DNA of 64,000 bases, taken from Glaucostegus cemiculus (Eukaryota). A program made the position numbers and the translations under genes. Shown here piece after piece: positions 11,156 to 24,415 of the stretch (positions within the stretch are counted from its first letter, which is position 1; each line of letters begins with the position of its first letter). The notes beneath the pieces are model-generated. The model had not been told where the DNA came from, did no database searches, and saw nothing but the letters and a program-made list of their open reading frames with translations. The stretch spans positions 6,262,001 through 6,326,000 of the forward strand of contig CDPCPM010000026.1 of NCBI GenBank assembly GCA_976551045.1, written 5' to 3'.

Positions 11156-14100
11156 ATTGCCAAAGCAATATTAATAACTTGTAAATTATATTCACAATAT
11201 GTGTAATGACTATAAGATTCTAAGACAATGTTGTAAAAATAGTTAAAGACCACTAAAATGCGATTGTGAATCCAATCTATCACCATATTAAGGTATTGCA
11301 GCTCTTTCCTTCTGGTTTCTACAAAAAAAAAGTAAAATCAAGGCAGAAGTTTGCAACTCAACAGTTGAATCTCTTAATTCACTCAACAATGCCAAGCATT
11401 GATTTAAATTGAATTTTTAACTATAAAGACTCCACAACCCATTTTTTCTCATCCTTTTAGAATGCATAGTTTTTGAAAACTGAAAATATCTGTTTGCTAT
11501 GAAAACAGCTCATAATCATGCTAATCTTAAAAAATCATCTTGTCAGGATTTACATCACATTGGTATTTTATTTTATTTTGAAAGCAAAATACTAACATAA
11601 TGAATTGCTTAATGTTCTGTAGCTAACTTTGTTTTGTAGGCATATAATATTACTGTGGAGCTATAATTTAATTAAAAATAATATTTTATTAAAATACTAG
11701 ACCATGCAAAAGTGTATGTCTGCCAAATCTAGTGCTACAAAAGCCTGCCTTCAACGCACTGCATTTCTTGATTTGTAAATTAGGAATATCAAATTTGGCA
11801 AGATCGTCATTATTAAAGGTAAACAATACTTTTTTATGAGCCATTTGTTTTGTAAAAAAATGAGATTTTGAAGTGTCAGTAAGGGAAGAGCAATCTCACA
11901 TATCTGCCTACATTATTTTAAACATTGATTTTTTTTCTGCCCGGTCCCTCAACATCCTGCTCATGGGGGTGGGTTATTGTGGTTTCCAAGCATGAATCAG
12001 TAACACTTTATTTTGCCATAATAGCAATCCAAGCATCAGCAGAGTTTGGCTGTGGGAGTATGCTGTATTTTTGTAGAAAAATCAATAACTGCTTCTGTTT
12101 GGAGAGAAAAGCATAAAGGACAGCTAACTGTACTATATTGTAAGTGTTCTGCAACCAGTCACAGCACATGCCTTACAACAGCAAATCCCTGCAAATTATT
12201 AAATAATAAATCACAAAGTAGAGCAAGTCTTGGTGGACAGAACATATTTCCCAGCAAAGCAGACAGAGACAAATAAATTATTTAGTCCTCACGCAAAGAT
12301 AAAACAACAGAGGGAAAGAAATGAGAAGTTCAGATTTTTTTTCCTGCACACTTTTTTTTAAAATAGAATATGCTATGTGTTTTATTGACAGATTGTTGGA
12401 AACTACTATGGTCAATGACATGGCTTAACCCAGAGAAGAATCTTTGACATCCAGACTCAGCTTTGAGCAGGGGGAATGAAACCCTAATCGAAGAGCAACC
12501 TTGCAAAAATTCCAACAGAGGAATATGTTGCCAAAACATATCAACTGTTTCCAGATCAACTAAAGAAAAATGGTATTAAGGGTAAACATAATTTGGGAAT
12601 CTAAAAAAAATTCGAATTTTTCCACCTGCTTTTAACTTCCTTTGAGACAATAAAAGCTAAATGCATCACAATAAATTGCCTGCAAATTGCAACACAAAAT
12701 GCTGAAAAACATGCACTGGCTGGGCTTCATCCCATTGCATATACATGAGGTCAGCACCTATCTGAGTTTCCATGTGCTACCAGAAAAAAAATTATCATTG
12801 GTGCATATGTACCAACTGAAAGTGGCATAAAATAAATAAATACTTTTATTGACCATTCACTATGCTACTTTTATAACCATTCAGATGGCACTTGAAGACT
12901 GAGAAGAACTGAATTCCTTCATGCAAGTTTGTCCATTCTTATTTTGGAGCAGTAAAGAGGTCTACCTGTATTTTAGTGGACAAGCAGAAATACAAGCGTA
13001 CTCTCACTGCGAGCTCCAGATTCTGATCCTTGCCACATCAATAATAATGGATTCCAACCCACTCCATTTAATTTTCATTTTATGTATTTTTTTTACTACT
13101 TTAAATATTCAGAAAATATTCACTATGCAGTATTTTTAATGTAAATGTAATAAATTTTGCACGAGGATTCTGCACCTCTGCCACCTAAAGCTTCTTTCTG
13201 TGGAGGAAACAGCAGGGAAATGTTCCTTTTTTGCATCAAATATAAATAACCTCAGGCTTACTTGAATAAACTTGAGCATATATTCTATTAAATGTCTGTT
13301 TCAAATGGTTTTTAAAAAATTTAAAATTCTAAGATAGCAAGCGAACAAAAAGGTTATGTATCTTTCAAAACCTGAAGGAAGATTAAGGCAGTAATGTCAG
13401 TAAAATTATGCATTTCTTCCGTGATGCAGAATTCAGGTAATAATCACTTTCTGCTCAAATAGATGTTGGAAACATAACTTAAATTGTCAGCTTTTTATAT
13501 TCTTGGGTCGTAATTTGCAAAGTAAGATCAAAATATCACTTGGCTGTGGTTAGACTCATCTATCTGCTTCCTTGCTGATTGACTAGATCCACACAAAGAG
13601 ATCTGCTCTGTGTGTGTGGAGCCCTTGAGGCTATTGTGGAAAGTGTTTTCTCAGATTATTTAATAGAACGTTCACCAATTATCTAACTGCAGTACAATCT
13701 ATTGATTGCTCTGTTAGGTATGATTGAATAGCCATTACAGTTTTAACAGAAGCATTTTTAACAACAAAGTAACTGTGAAATTATATTATGTAAGCAGTGC
13801 AGAGTTAATGATTGTTATATACTACTAACAAAAGTGCAGTCATTCTGTATTTTTATAATTGATTTGCCAAATACTTTCATTGAACATTAATATGTGGAGG
13901 GGATTATAATCGTTCAATTCATTCAGCCTGCCTGTTGGCAGTCTTTCTGGGTCTCAGTTAACTTCTCTATCATTTATGGACTCGGCTTCACAGCCTCATA
14001 TAAATGAGACTTTTCTCTCAAAATAAATAGCGTTGGTGACCTAGAATCCATTGGATATAGTTCTAATCTTACAAATTTACCAAAACCAAATTGTACAGCA

Positions 14101-14584
14101 ACAATATTTAATTTATGAGAATAACTTATCTTAATATAAACTACATTCATTAGCCAGCTAACCCATGTTTCAGAAACCATCTTCAAATATTCACTTCATT
14201 GATCCATTAGTTCACTGTTCAGCTTCTAGTTGCCAGGCTCTGGTTGGGAGCTGGGATGGATGGTCCCTTTCATTTATACCTGCTTCATATAGAATAGTCA
14301 TATCATGGATGGGATTTGCAACAGATTTATTCAGATATAATCAAAAGATTGCTGGTATAGTGAGTCGTACAACAGCCTCTTATCTCATACTGGTGGGTTT
14401 AAATTAAGGCAAGACTGGTTGGATGTAATACTCCCTTCTCTCTGTTGTCTGTGAGGTCTTCTCCACAGTTCTCGTCATTTGAGTGAAATGATACTTGCAC
14501 TGTATTTTCAAGGTTTGATTTCTTTCCAAAGAAATAGTGAATATATTTTCAAATATTTTGGTAAGTGAAAAAGCCCAGTTGGTG

Positions 14585-14837
14585 GGCGACACAATGGAGC
14601 AGCTGCTGCCTCACAGCTCTAGTGACCCCGGCTCAAACCTAACCTTGGATGCTCTCTATGTGGAGTTTGCATATATTTTCTGTGACTGCTTAGGTTTCCT
14701 CTGGGTGCTTTAGTTTCCTCACGCATCCGAAAGATGTGCAGGTCAGTAGGTTAACTGGCCACTGTCAATTAGTGTAAATTGGTGTTTAGTAGTCAGCAAG
14801 GACTCAGTGGGCTGAAGGCTGCATTTCTATGACTGTA
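14585..14837 (+). mobile_element. HE1-like V-SINE with CR1-derived tail
   Basis: Head gctgctgcctcacagctctagtgacccc, V-domain gtggagtttgca...ggtttcctctgggtgct, and tail gtgggctgaagg...tctatgact. Confidence 0.85.
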
Positions 14838-16837
14838 AGGCTAATGAAAAACAAAATGGCTACAGTTTGCTTGTGCTATATGTGAATGAATGCTGTTGGC
14901 TTTGGTCAGCATTGTTGTTCACTGGACATTGCAACGTTGGTTGGACTGAGGATGAAACAGCATTTAATTGCATACAGTGCAAACATTATTCCAAGCCACA
15001 AAACATGAACTTGGTGTAAATTGTTCAATAAGATAATATATGTTGCTTATAGATTTTACATGGTAAATTTGTTTTGTGAATGAACAACGATGCGCAAGTG
15101 ACCAACTTCCAAAGCTACTTGTCTTGCTTCATTATATTCAGTGCAAAGGTCTCGAGATAAGTTTTCTTACCCCTGTTCTTTATTCAAATGTGCAGCAAGT
15201 CATTGAACAACAGCCATTCATAAATGCTACACAGCATCTTAAAATAGTTGGAGTGAGTCTTTCCGGGCTTATGCTATTGTTGGCACGGAACGTGATGTTA
15301 TGGCAAGCTTATGTTTGACTGAATTGCTATTTTTGCTTTCTAGCTCTGGAATGAAGGCATGCCAATTATACTATCAAAAACTGAGAACAGAAAACTTGGC
15401 TCATCCTTTACTATGTGCATTAGTCCAATTACTTGTGCCTCCAATAACCTATAATAATCTCTATTATATTATTTGCTCCTTCATTCCAGGATTGTTCTCT
15501 TTTTCACAGCTGGCTCATGTAGGGTGCCATCACTCTTCCATTCTCTCAACTCTTCTTGTGTGGCATGTTTTCCCTATAATTTGCCTATCAATCTGTTATT
15601 TTCCTGCCACCTGTACAACACAACCATTCATTATTGCTTAACAGCAAGCAACAGAAAATGCTGTTCTTAAACCTGTTCTTTGAGAATCCCAACAGTTCGT
15701 CAGACAACACTGAGGCTTAACTATTTCCCAGAGTGCTCTGCATTTCTACATTTCATCAGGAAGCCTTGTCCCTTGGGAGCCTATCATCTCAAGGCACTCA
15801 CAATGCCATGAAAACATAAAACCCCATCTGGTCCATTTAATGATTTCTATTTGATGAATTTTTTCTATTCATGAAGGAAAATATTACCACAGGGGATGGC
15901 CTGCAGCACACTCTACCCTATTGCTTCTTCTAAGTCATGACTGATGATCATCCAGCCGTCCACAATCAAAACAGCAAAGAAAACACACAATGTCATTGGT
16001 CCTTAAAAAAAAAAGTCACCAGATGACTTTTGATTATATTTTCTTTGTTTCTGCATACTGAGAAATTGAATCATGTTTAATTAGATATTAGCTAATCAAT
16101 CATTGCCATTGAGGACTTCTGAGTAGTATTACATTAGAATGCAGAGAAAGCATAAGGGAGCACCTTGGAAATTTAAACCGTACAACACTTGTAATATTAA
16201 AAGAAAGTTGTCAGATAAAACAAAGGAAGACTGTTTGCTTGTGGCTGTACATTGGCAGCTCTGCTAACAAGTCCTAACAGATGACATGAATTACCAAATC
16301 AGTGCATGACTATTCAAAAGCTAATACTTCCAAAAACCTTCAGGAAAAGCTCACAATCAAATATGTACAAAGGTTAGTTCAGGCCCCATGGCCTCTCTAG
16401 GTTTATGCTGCTGTCACCTTTTGAGGCATGTCAAGATCAATTTTCTCTAATAGATATCACTTTAGCTACATGATAATTGGCCCATCGCTTTGTGCTGATT
16501 GAATAGCAGCCAGAGATTAGTCCACGTTCAACAGATGATGAACAAGACATCTGAAATACGCCTGCAAGTTTCTTTCGCAGTCCAAATTTCTTTGGTCCAG
16601 AAAAGTAATATATTTTGATGGGAAATTAATTTGAGGAAGACAAATGTTAAAACTGACTCTGATACCTCTTTCTTTGGGCGTCACTTTTACTCTGAGCCTG
16701 GTTTCCTAATTACACCAAATGTACTGTAGAAGTCATTGTTGTGCAATGCATGCTTGCAGAAGGTTGGCTCATTCACATGGGAAATTTGATTTACACTTAC
16801 GTGTACTATATTAATTCTCTCATCTTCTGTATCATCA

Positions 16838-17095
16838 AATCATAGAATAATACCACACAAAACAAAGCCATTCAACCTAGAATTCTTGAGCCAGCTCTTT
16901 GAAAGACCTAACCAATTAGTTCCAATCACCTGACCTTTCCCCATGGCCTGGTAGTATTTGTCCCCTTCAAGTTTTTATCCTTTCAAAAGTTACTTTTAAA
17001 CAATTGCTCCCAAAATCTTTCCATTCCAGCCATAACAGCCCGCTGAATAAATCTTTTCCTCATCTATCCTCTATTTCTTTTGATCATGGTTGTTA
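16838..17095 (-). mobile_element. CR1 3' end fragment
   Basis: aatcatagaataataccacacaaaacaaagccattcaacc...ccagctctttgaaaga...ccaattagt is a typical reversed CR1 3' UTR. Confidence 0.65.
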
Positions 17096-17127
17096 ACAGT
17101 GAATTTCACTCAATGTATTCAGACCAT

Positions 17128-18735
17128 AACACAAGAGATTCTGCAGATGCTGGAATCAGGAGCAACACACACAAAATGCTGTTAACAGACCCAACCTGTT
17201 CCCCTCCACTGCCATCCTCCTCCATCTGATAGGACTGGTACTCACCCTCAACAACTTCTCTTTTGACTCCTCCCACTTTCTCCAAACTGCTGCCGAGCTT
17301 GTCAATTTCATCAACTTTGACTCCAACTTCCACCCCACCCTTAAATTCACTTGGTCCATCTCCATCACCTCTCTCCCCTTTCTGCATCTCTCTGTCTCCA
17401 TATCCAGAGACAGATTAATCACTGACATCTTTAACAAGCCCACTGACTCCCACAGTTGCCTTGACTAAACTTCTTCCCACCCTGTTACTTGCAAGGATGC
17501 TATCCTCTTCTCCCAATTCCTCCATCTCCACCACATCTGTTCCCATGATGAGAATTTCCATTCTGGGACATCTGAGATGTCCTTTTTTTTCAGTAAACAG
17601 AGTTTCCCCTCCACCACCATCAATGCAGCCCTCACCTGCATGTCCTCCATTTCCCGTGGGTCTGTCCTCACCCCTCACCCCTCCCAACATAACAGGGACA
17701 GGGTTTCCCTTGTCCTCACCTACCACCCCACAAGATTCCCCATCCAACACCTCATTCTCTGCAACTTCCTCCACCTCCAGCAGGATCCCACCACCAGGCA
17801 CATCCCCTTCCCCCCCTCTTTGCTTTCCACAGGGATTGTTCTCTCCATGACTCCCTTGTCCACGCGTCCCTCCACACTGATGACCCTCCTGGCACTTATC
17901 CCTGCAACCACACCAAGTGCTACACCTGCCCCTGCACCTCCTCCCTCACCAGCATTCAGGGCCCCAGACAGTTCTTCCAGGTGAGGCAGCGCTTCACCTG
18001 TGAATCCGAGGGTGTCATTTATCGCATCTGGTGCTCCCAGTGTGGCCTCCTCTACATCAGTGAAACCCGATGCAGATTGGGTGACCACTTCATTGAATAC
18101 CTTCGCTCTGTCTACCGCAACAGCCAGGATCTTTTGGTATCCAGCCAGTTTAATTCCACATCCCACTCCCGTCCTGACATGTCTCTCCTCTACTGCCATG
18201 TTGAGGCCAGATGCAGGATCGAGAAACAACACCTCATATTCCGCTTTGGAAGTTTCCAACCTGACAGCCTCAACATTGATGTCTCTAACTTCAGGTAACC
18301 CCTCCCCTCTTTCCTGTCTCCTCTTTTTATCCCCCTTCCCTTTGTTTCCCTCATTCCTATGGCCCCCTCATCCCTTCTCCTCCCCCTCCCCTGTCCTCAT
18401 GACCTGTATATCTATTTCCCACCTCCTTCCCTTCATTCCATGGTCCACTGCCCTTCTGGATTCCATTTTCTTCAGCACTTTCCTTCTTCTACCTATCATC
18501 TCCCAGCTTCTTACATTACATCCTTTCATCCCCCCTCCCCCACCCACCTACCTTCCCCCTTTCACCTGGACTCACCTCTCATCTGCCAGTCTGTGCTCCT
18601 CCCCCGACCTTCTCATTCTGGCTTCTCTTCCTCTCCAGTCCTGATGAAGGGTCTCAACCTGAAACGTCGACTGTTTATTTCCCTCCATCGATGCTGCCTG
18701 ACCTGCTGAGCTCCTCCACCATTTTGTGTGTGTTG
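17128..18735 (+). mobile_element. Penelope-like retroelement (partial RT + GIY-YIG endonuclease + terminal repeat) with TSD
   Basis: GIY-YIG ORF 17981-18298 (FTCESEGVIYRIWCSQCGLLYISETRCRLGDHF...EKQHLIFRFGSFQPDSLN); RT-thumb pieces (LVLTYHP); inverted terminal piece 17128-17181; TSD tattcagaccat at 17116-17127 and 18738-18749. Confidence 0.93.
18636..18673 (+). ncRNA. Minimal type I hammerhead ribozyme in Penelope terminal repeat
   Basis: CAGTC-CTGATGA-AGG(gtctcaa)CCT-GAAA-CG-TC-GACTG: stem I cagtc/gactg, conserved core, stem II, palindromic ACGT stem III, GUC cleavage triplet ending at 18668. Confidence 0.82.
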
Positions 18736-19886
18736 TATATTCAGACCATGTACTTCTTCTTCACAGATTTTGTCACTAAAACTTACTGAAATAACAGACC
18801 TTGCTTTTGAGGGAGGAGACAGGTTGATGATAAGTTTGTTTAAGTGGGATAAACAAATATTCAGTAGCCACACAGAAATTAACAACGTTTGAAAAGAATC
18901 TCTGGACAGACACTGACCTGAACTGCCCCAGGAAATACAGAGTAATTCATATTTCCCTCCGTAGTTGTCAGGAAGCTGAGTGCTCCAGCGTGACCATGAA
19001 AACTTCAAACGTCCTGACAGGTGCTCAGCAGCGACTTCCTGCCCGGCTGCACTCCACAATTGGTGACCAATGCCACAGTGCCATCTCCCAGCACTTTGAC
19101 TAGGAAACATTTCTCATGGACCCTTGCCAGCTTACACCTGGCACAACTCAGTGACACTGTTCATTTCAATGGAATGAACTGACTGTGATGGAGGCAGATA
19201 TAAAGTAATTTACATATGTTAATTAATTAAATTAATTAAATTAATATGCTTTCTATTTTTTTAAAGTCCTTTTGTTTATATATTTTAGAATTTTAGTTAA
19301 AATGTAACAGTGTGATTATTTTACTTTTTGAAGTATTTATGAGTTAGAAATATTCACAAATAACAGCCAGCTCAGCTGGGGCTGAGGTGTCAGTTGGATA
19401 GAGCTTACCACTCGTGGCCAACAGGACTTCACCATCCACACTGGAGTTCCCTTCCTTCAGGAAGCTGCTGCATGAAGGTCCACTCCCAGTAAGTAAAGAC
19501 CCAGTGAGGAGGAGAGAGATGAGTGGGGAGGTTTGAAACTTCCAGAAAATTCTAGAGCAAGTATGTTTATTGTATTTGTATGGAATAAGATTTACATTTC
19601 TTCAAAATGTCCAATCAGCATCAAAACTAATCAGTTAGTCAGTTATGGGAGCAATAAACCCATGTGGGAAATATTTTTGTCAAAGCAGCAACTCTGTTGT
19701 ACATCTGACACATTTTTTTTATATGTGAAGAGCTTCTAGGAGAAGGTAGTGATCATTCTCAGTCTGTTGGTATTGCTGAGGGGATTACCTTGATAGACTG
19801 CTGGATCATTTGAGTATTTTGCTTAGCTGATGTGATCAGTAATTATTGGGAATGAAGATGGAGAAACTTGTATTTCTCCAGTAATT

Positions 19887-21058
19887 TCTGCCTTCAATAC
19901 GATAATTCCAAGCAAGCTTGTCACCAGACTCCAAGACCTAGGACTCAGCTCCTCCCTCTGCAACTGGATTCTTAAATTTCTAACAAACAGACCGCAGTCA
20001 GTGAGGATAGGCAGCAATACCTCCGGCACAATTATTCTCAACACTGGTGCCCCACAAGGCTGCATCCTCAGCCCTCTACTCTGCTCCCTATACACTCACG
20101 ACTGTGTGGCCAGATTCTGCTCCAACTGCATCTACAAGTTTGCAGATGATACCAGTGTCGTGGGCCATATCTCCAACAGCGACGAGTCAGAGTACAGGAA
20201 GGAGATAGAGAGCTTAGTGGAATGGTGTCATGACAACAACCTTTCCCTCAATGCCAACAAAACAAAAGAGTTGGTCATTGACTTCAGGAAAGGGTGCGGT
20301 GTACATGCACCTGTCTACATCAATGTTGCTGAGGTTGAGAGGACTGAGAGCTTCAAGTTCCTAGGTGTGAACATCACCAACAGCCTGTCCTGGTCTAACC
20401 ATGTAGATATCACAACCAAGAAAGCTCAACAGCGCCTCTACTTCCTCAGGAGGCTGAAGAAATTTGGTATGTCCCCTTCGACTCTCACCAACTTTTACCG
20501 ATGCACCATAGAAAGCATCCTATCTGGTTGTATCATAGCTTGGTATGGCAACTGCTCTGTCCAGGACTGCAAGAAACTGCAGAGAGTTGTGGACACAGCC
20601 CAGCACATCATGGACACCAGCCTCCCCTCCTTGGACTCTGTCTTTACCTCTCGTTGTCTTGGTGTAGCGGCCAGCATAATCAAAGACCCCACTCATCCAG
20701 GACATTCTTTCTTGTCTCCGCTTCCACTGGGTAGAAGATACAGGTGCCTGAGGGCACGCACCACCAGACTTAAAGACAGCTTCTTCCCCACTGTGATAAG
20801 ACTATTGAACGGTTCCCTTATACAGTGAGATGGTCTGTGACCTCACATCCTACCTCGTGCGTCCTTGCACCTTATTGTACTGCACTTTCTCTGTAGCTGT
20901 GACACATTGTACTGTTACTGTTTTTACTGTACTACATCAATGTACTTTGTACTAACTATGTAATTGCACTGTGTAATGAATTGACCTGTACGATCAGATT
21001 GTAAGACAAGCTTTTCACTGGACATCGGTACAAGTGACAATAATATGCCAATACCAAT
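19887..21058 (+). mobile_element. Rex1/Babar LINE, 5'-truncated
   Basis: [11 protein letters not shown] start, RT ORF, 3' UTR ending gtgacaataatatgccaataccaat. Confidence 0.92.
20001..20828 (+). pseudogene. Rex1/Babar reverse transcriptase, C-terminal 275 aa open frame
   Basis: [62 protein letters not shown]. Confidence 0.9.
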
Positions 21059-23551
21059 GAGTGTGGGCTGCTAGTTGTATTCACTTCCATATGGAGCTAT
21101 TGAAGTTAATGGAGTTGAATGTGTAGTAGGGAGTACAACCATAGCTGATAAACTCCACACGTTGAGCACCAAGTAAAGCAGATCACTTGTTTTCATTGAT
21201 GGACTCAAAAGTTCCTCTGACGCTGATCGTAGGTTTGAATATTGCCAATTAAATGTATGGATCTAACTTCTTTCAGATATTGTTGGCTCTTGTCTTTGTG
21301 TTTAAGTCACTGTAACTGTAGAGTACAGGTAATTAAAATTGCCATGAAATATCACTTACTTATTGTTTGACCTGCACCCAGCTCTTCTCTGGACTGCAGG
21401 AAAATAAGATCATTGCATAGAAGTTTCAGCACATGAAACTAGAAGTACTTCATTGGATGTTCCAAAGACACTGGATGAATCCATGTCTTTTTCTTTTAAT
21501 TGAATTAGTAAGACATAATACTTGTTTTCACAGATGGACTAAATTAGCACTGGAGTTTGTAAGCTGACAATTCTGTGACAGCTGCATCATCCTTGTGGAT
21601 ATTAAGTTGTCCAGTTCACTTGTCTGTTTCAATTATTAAGAGTTCTATTCATATTACAGCAATCACTCGGCTGACAGGAGAGTCACTGTTCGCTTGATGT
21701 GTGGCATCCTCAGTGTTATTTAGCACCTTTTCCTGCTTCCCCCGGGTTTGGTATTTTGTACAAGTTTTATTTCCACAAATGTTACCAATTGTCATGGCAT
21801 ATATCACATACTTCTCTTACACTATATGAAATATATATTTTACATTATACATGAAGTTATACATTTTTAACAGCTTACATGGGGCTTTGTTTAAACTTGC
21901 TCTTGAACTTGAGTTGTCTTAATAGTGTATTTCACCAATCTGGAAATCACAGATCTGCTGCAATGTAAGAAGCAGGTTTGTCATCAGCCAAGACTCTGAA
22001 TATTACAAAGCAAGAAGATGTATGTTTCTGTGTGCAGGAAACAATGCATGGCACTAACAAATTATTCTTCATATTCGTATTGTTGCTTTTCACATTTATT
22101 CATTCAGGCTGATGGAAAGCTCAAGTTGGATCCTACAAGCACTGCTAAATATGGATCCTGTTGTCACTTTCCAACTGTGCAACTTTTGGAAGGATTTATC
22201 TGTTGTGTGGCTCTTAACTGATTATTAGCCATTGGATGCAGATGTTAACAGAATGTGAAAGTAACGTATACCTGTATATTGCCTTTAGCAGAGTGGGCAT
22301 GCCAAGGAACCTCAGAGGATTGGGGAGGGATGGGACCTATTGTTATGGAATCCCTAGAAGCTAATTGCTGCCGGACTCCAACATTTCTGACTTTCCTTGT
22401 GGGACAGGAATTCTTCTTCTATCATTTACAAGTTAAATGTTGTGGGAAGTGTGTGGAGGGATTGGTTATCCAGAACCAGGAGGTTTCAGTCAGGAATTTG
22501 TGTATCTCTGGAGGAGGACATCCCTAGCAAAGTGTATCAGCCACCATATGGATGGGTATGGATGCCACTGCTGTACTCTGGGACAGAAATGTACCCTGGA
22601 CTCCTGAAGAAGCCTTCATTTTTCTTAAAGTTTAAGACTGATCACCTTCCACAGGGGCTGAATGGGAACTGGTCAGGGACAGACTGGGTAAACTTATCCC
22701 TAGCTGTGGTGAGTGGATGACAAAATTTCCAGCTAGTGAGCCATATGGCCAATGGAGATGCACTTAATGTGAAACTTCCATCAGTTTGCCCCATGCAAAT
22801 TATGTGCCCTACCTTCTTGAAATCTTTGCAGGGTCAGTAGGGATGAATACCATGGAAAGTCTATGCTTTTGAGGAATTTTGATTCCCACCTTTACTAACA
22901 AATTACATGTAATGGCCAATCAAGAATGGTTTCCCAATCAAATTTGGCCCTGTCTCAAACACTACTATATCATTCTGTAGCTGAGCAGGATTGTGACTGT
23001 TTGCCAAATGGAGTTCAGGTAGGAGTGTAAGGGATCAACTCTGCTCGTCTCAAACCACCAGTGGAATTCATGCACCATTATTGTCTGTTTCTTTGTCATT
23101 GATCTGTCTGCAGTCTGCAGTGTTAAGGCGATGGCACAAAGGCTGCACTTAAACTACTAATTTTGCACTCACATAACAGATTATAAATAGGTCAGCACGG
23201 CCCAGAAGATCATTCCGCGCATTGAGACTTCATGTCCTTACCGCAGGCAAACCCACACCACCTTGAGCTCCCAAATTATTCAGAATAAATCCTGTGAAAT
23301 ATTCTCATAACAATTACCGCAGTATTTTGAGTAGAGGACTACAGTGCAATATCCCATCTATTTCTAGCTATACTTTGTGCCTACATTGATTGAGAATACA
23401 TTGAAAAACTCCAAATAATGGAACTAGATCTTTGGTTTAGACTCCAAATCCTGGAACTGAGAGACTGATGTTGGTGGTTTTTATCCCTCATTGCCTTTTG
23501 CCTTTCTAATGTGTTAGTTAATTGGATAAAAGCAGACTGCAAATATTGGTA

Positions 23552-23940
23552 CAGGTTGAGGCTCTCTGGTCTTGCATTCTGTGGTCCAGCAGCTCCTGTG
23601 GTCTGGTATGTTTTGAATTTGCAGTATGGGTCTATGCTAATTATAACTAAGATCTAAAGTTGACTAAGATCTGTGCTAATCTGTAGCTAATTAACCTACC
23701 ATTGCAACTTTTGCAGTCTCAGCCAACAGCGATCTCAGCTGACAGTGATTCTGTCTTACAGAAACTACTGATTACAGACAGTTCGCTGAACCCTTATGTA
23801 ACCCAGGGTGCCTATGATGAAAAAGAACAGTTCTCCTGCACAGAGGAAGACGATCAGGAGGCAGTTTCGGTTGTCCAGCATTTTCCATGGTTCGGCACTA
23901 GTCAGATCCCAAGGGTGTCAAACTAGAGAGTTTCAACCTA
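23552..23940. mobile_element. Tigger/pogo-like non-autonomous DNA transposon
   Basis: Left TA|CAGGTTGAGGCTCTCTGGTCTTGCA versus right reverse complement TAGGTTGAAACTCTCTAGTTTGACA, 18/25 identical. Confidence 0.7.
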
Positions 23941-24336
23941 TCTTGCTTTGGGGTCCAGAAATGCCAAAGACATATTAAAGGAAAAGTATGTACTTGATGT
24001 ATTCCAAAAATAATCTCAGATTTAGACCTTTTTGGTCAATTAGATATTTAAATTCAACTGGATTCACTGAGTTGAAAAGACAAAATAGTAATGAAAGAAC
24101 TCAGGATAAAATACTGAGAAGGAAAAAGCTGAAGCTGATCACTTCCATTAAGATGCAAAGAGAGAACATAATTACCTTGCTGCTTATGAAATTATTGAGT
24201 TAATATGTAAGCAGCAATGAGAAAAGGGCCATCCAAGTAATATACCTCACAGGCAGCCTGTGTTGAGAGGGAGTTCATTGTGGCACATTGAATTCTGTCC
24301 ACATACAATTCCACCATTTGAGTATTTCAGTTTATT

Positions 24337-24415
24337 CATAGAACATGGAACAGTACAGCACAGGAACAGGCCCTTCGGCCCACAATGTTGTGCTGAACTA
24401 ACTGAGCTAATGACA
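24337..24415 (-). mobile_element. CR1 3' end
   Basis: catagaacatggaacagtacagcacaggaacaggcccttcggcccacaatgttgtgc; compare 60765-60810. Confidence 0.8.

Noticed and set aside
17106-18709. Multiple overlapping 100-214 aa Pro/Ser-rich or Gly/Glu-rich ORFs
   Set aside because: Alternative and antisense frames of the C-rich Penelope element.
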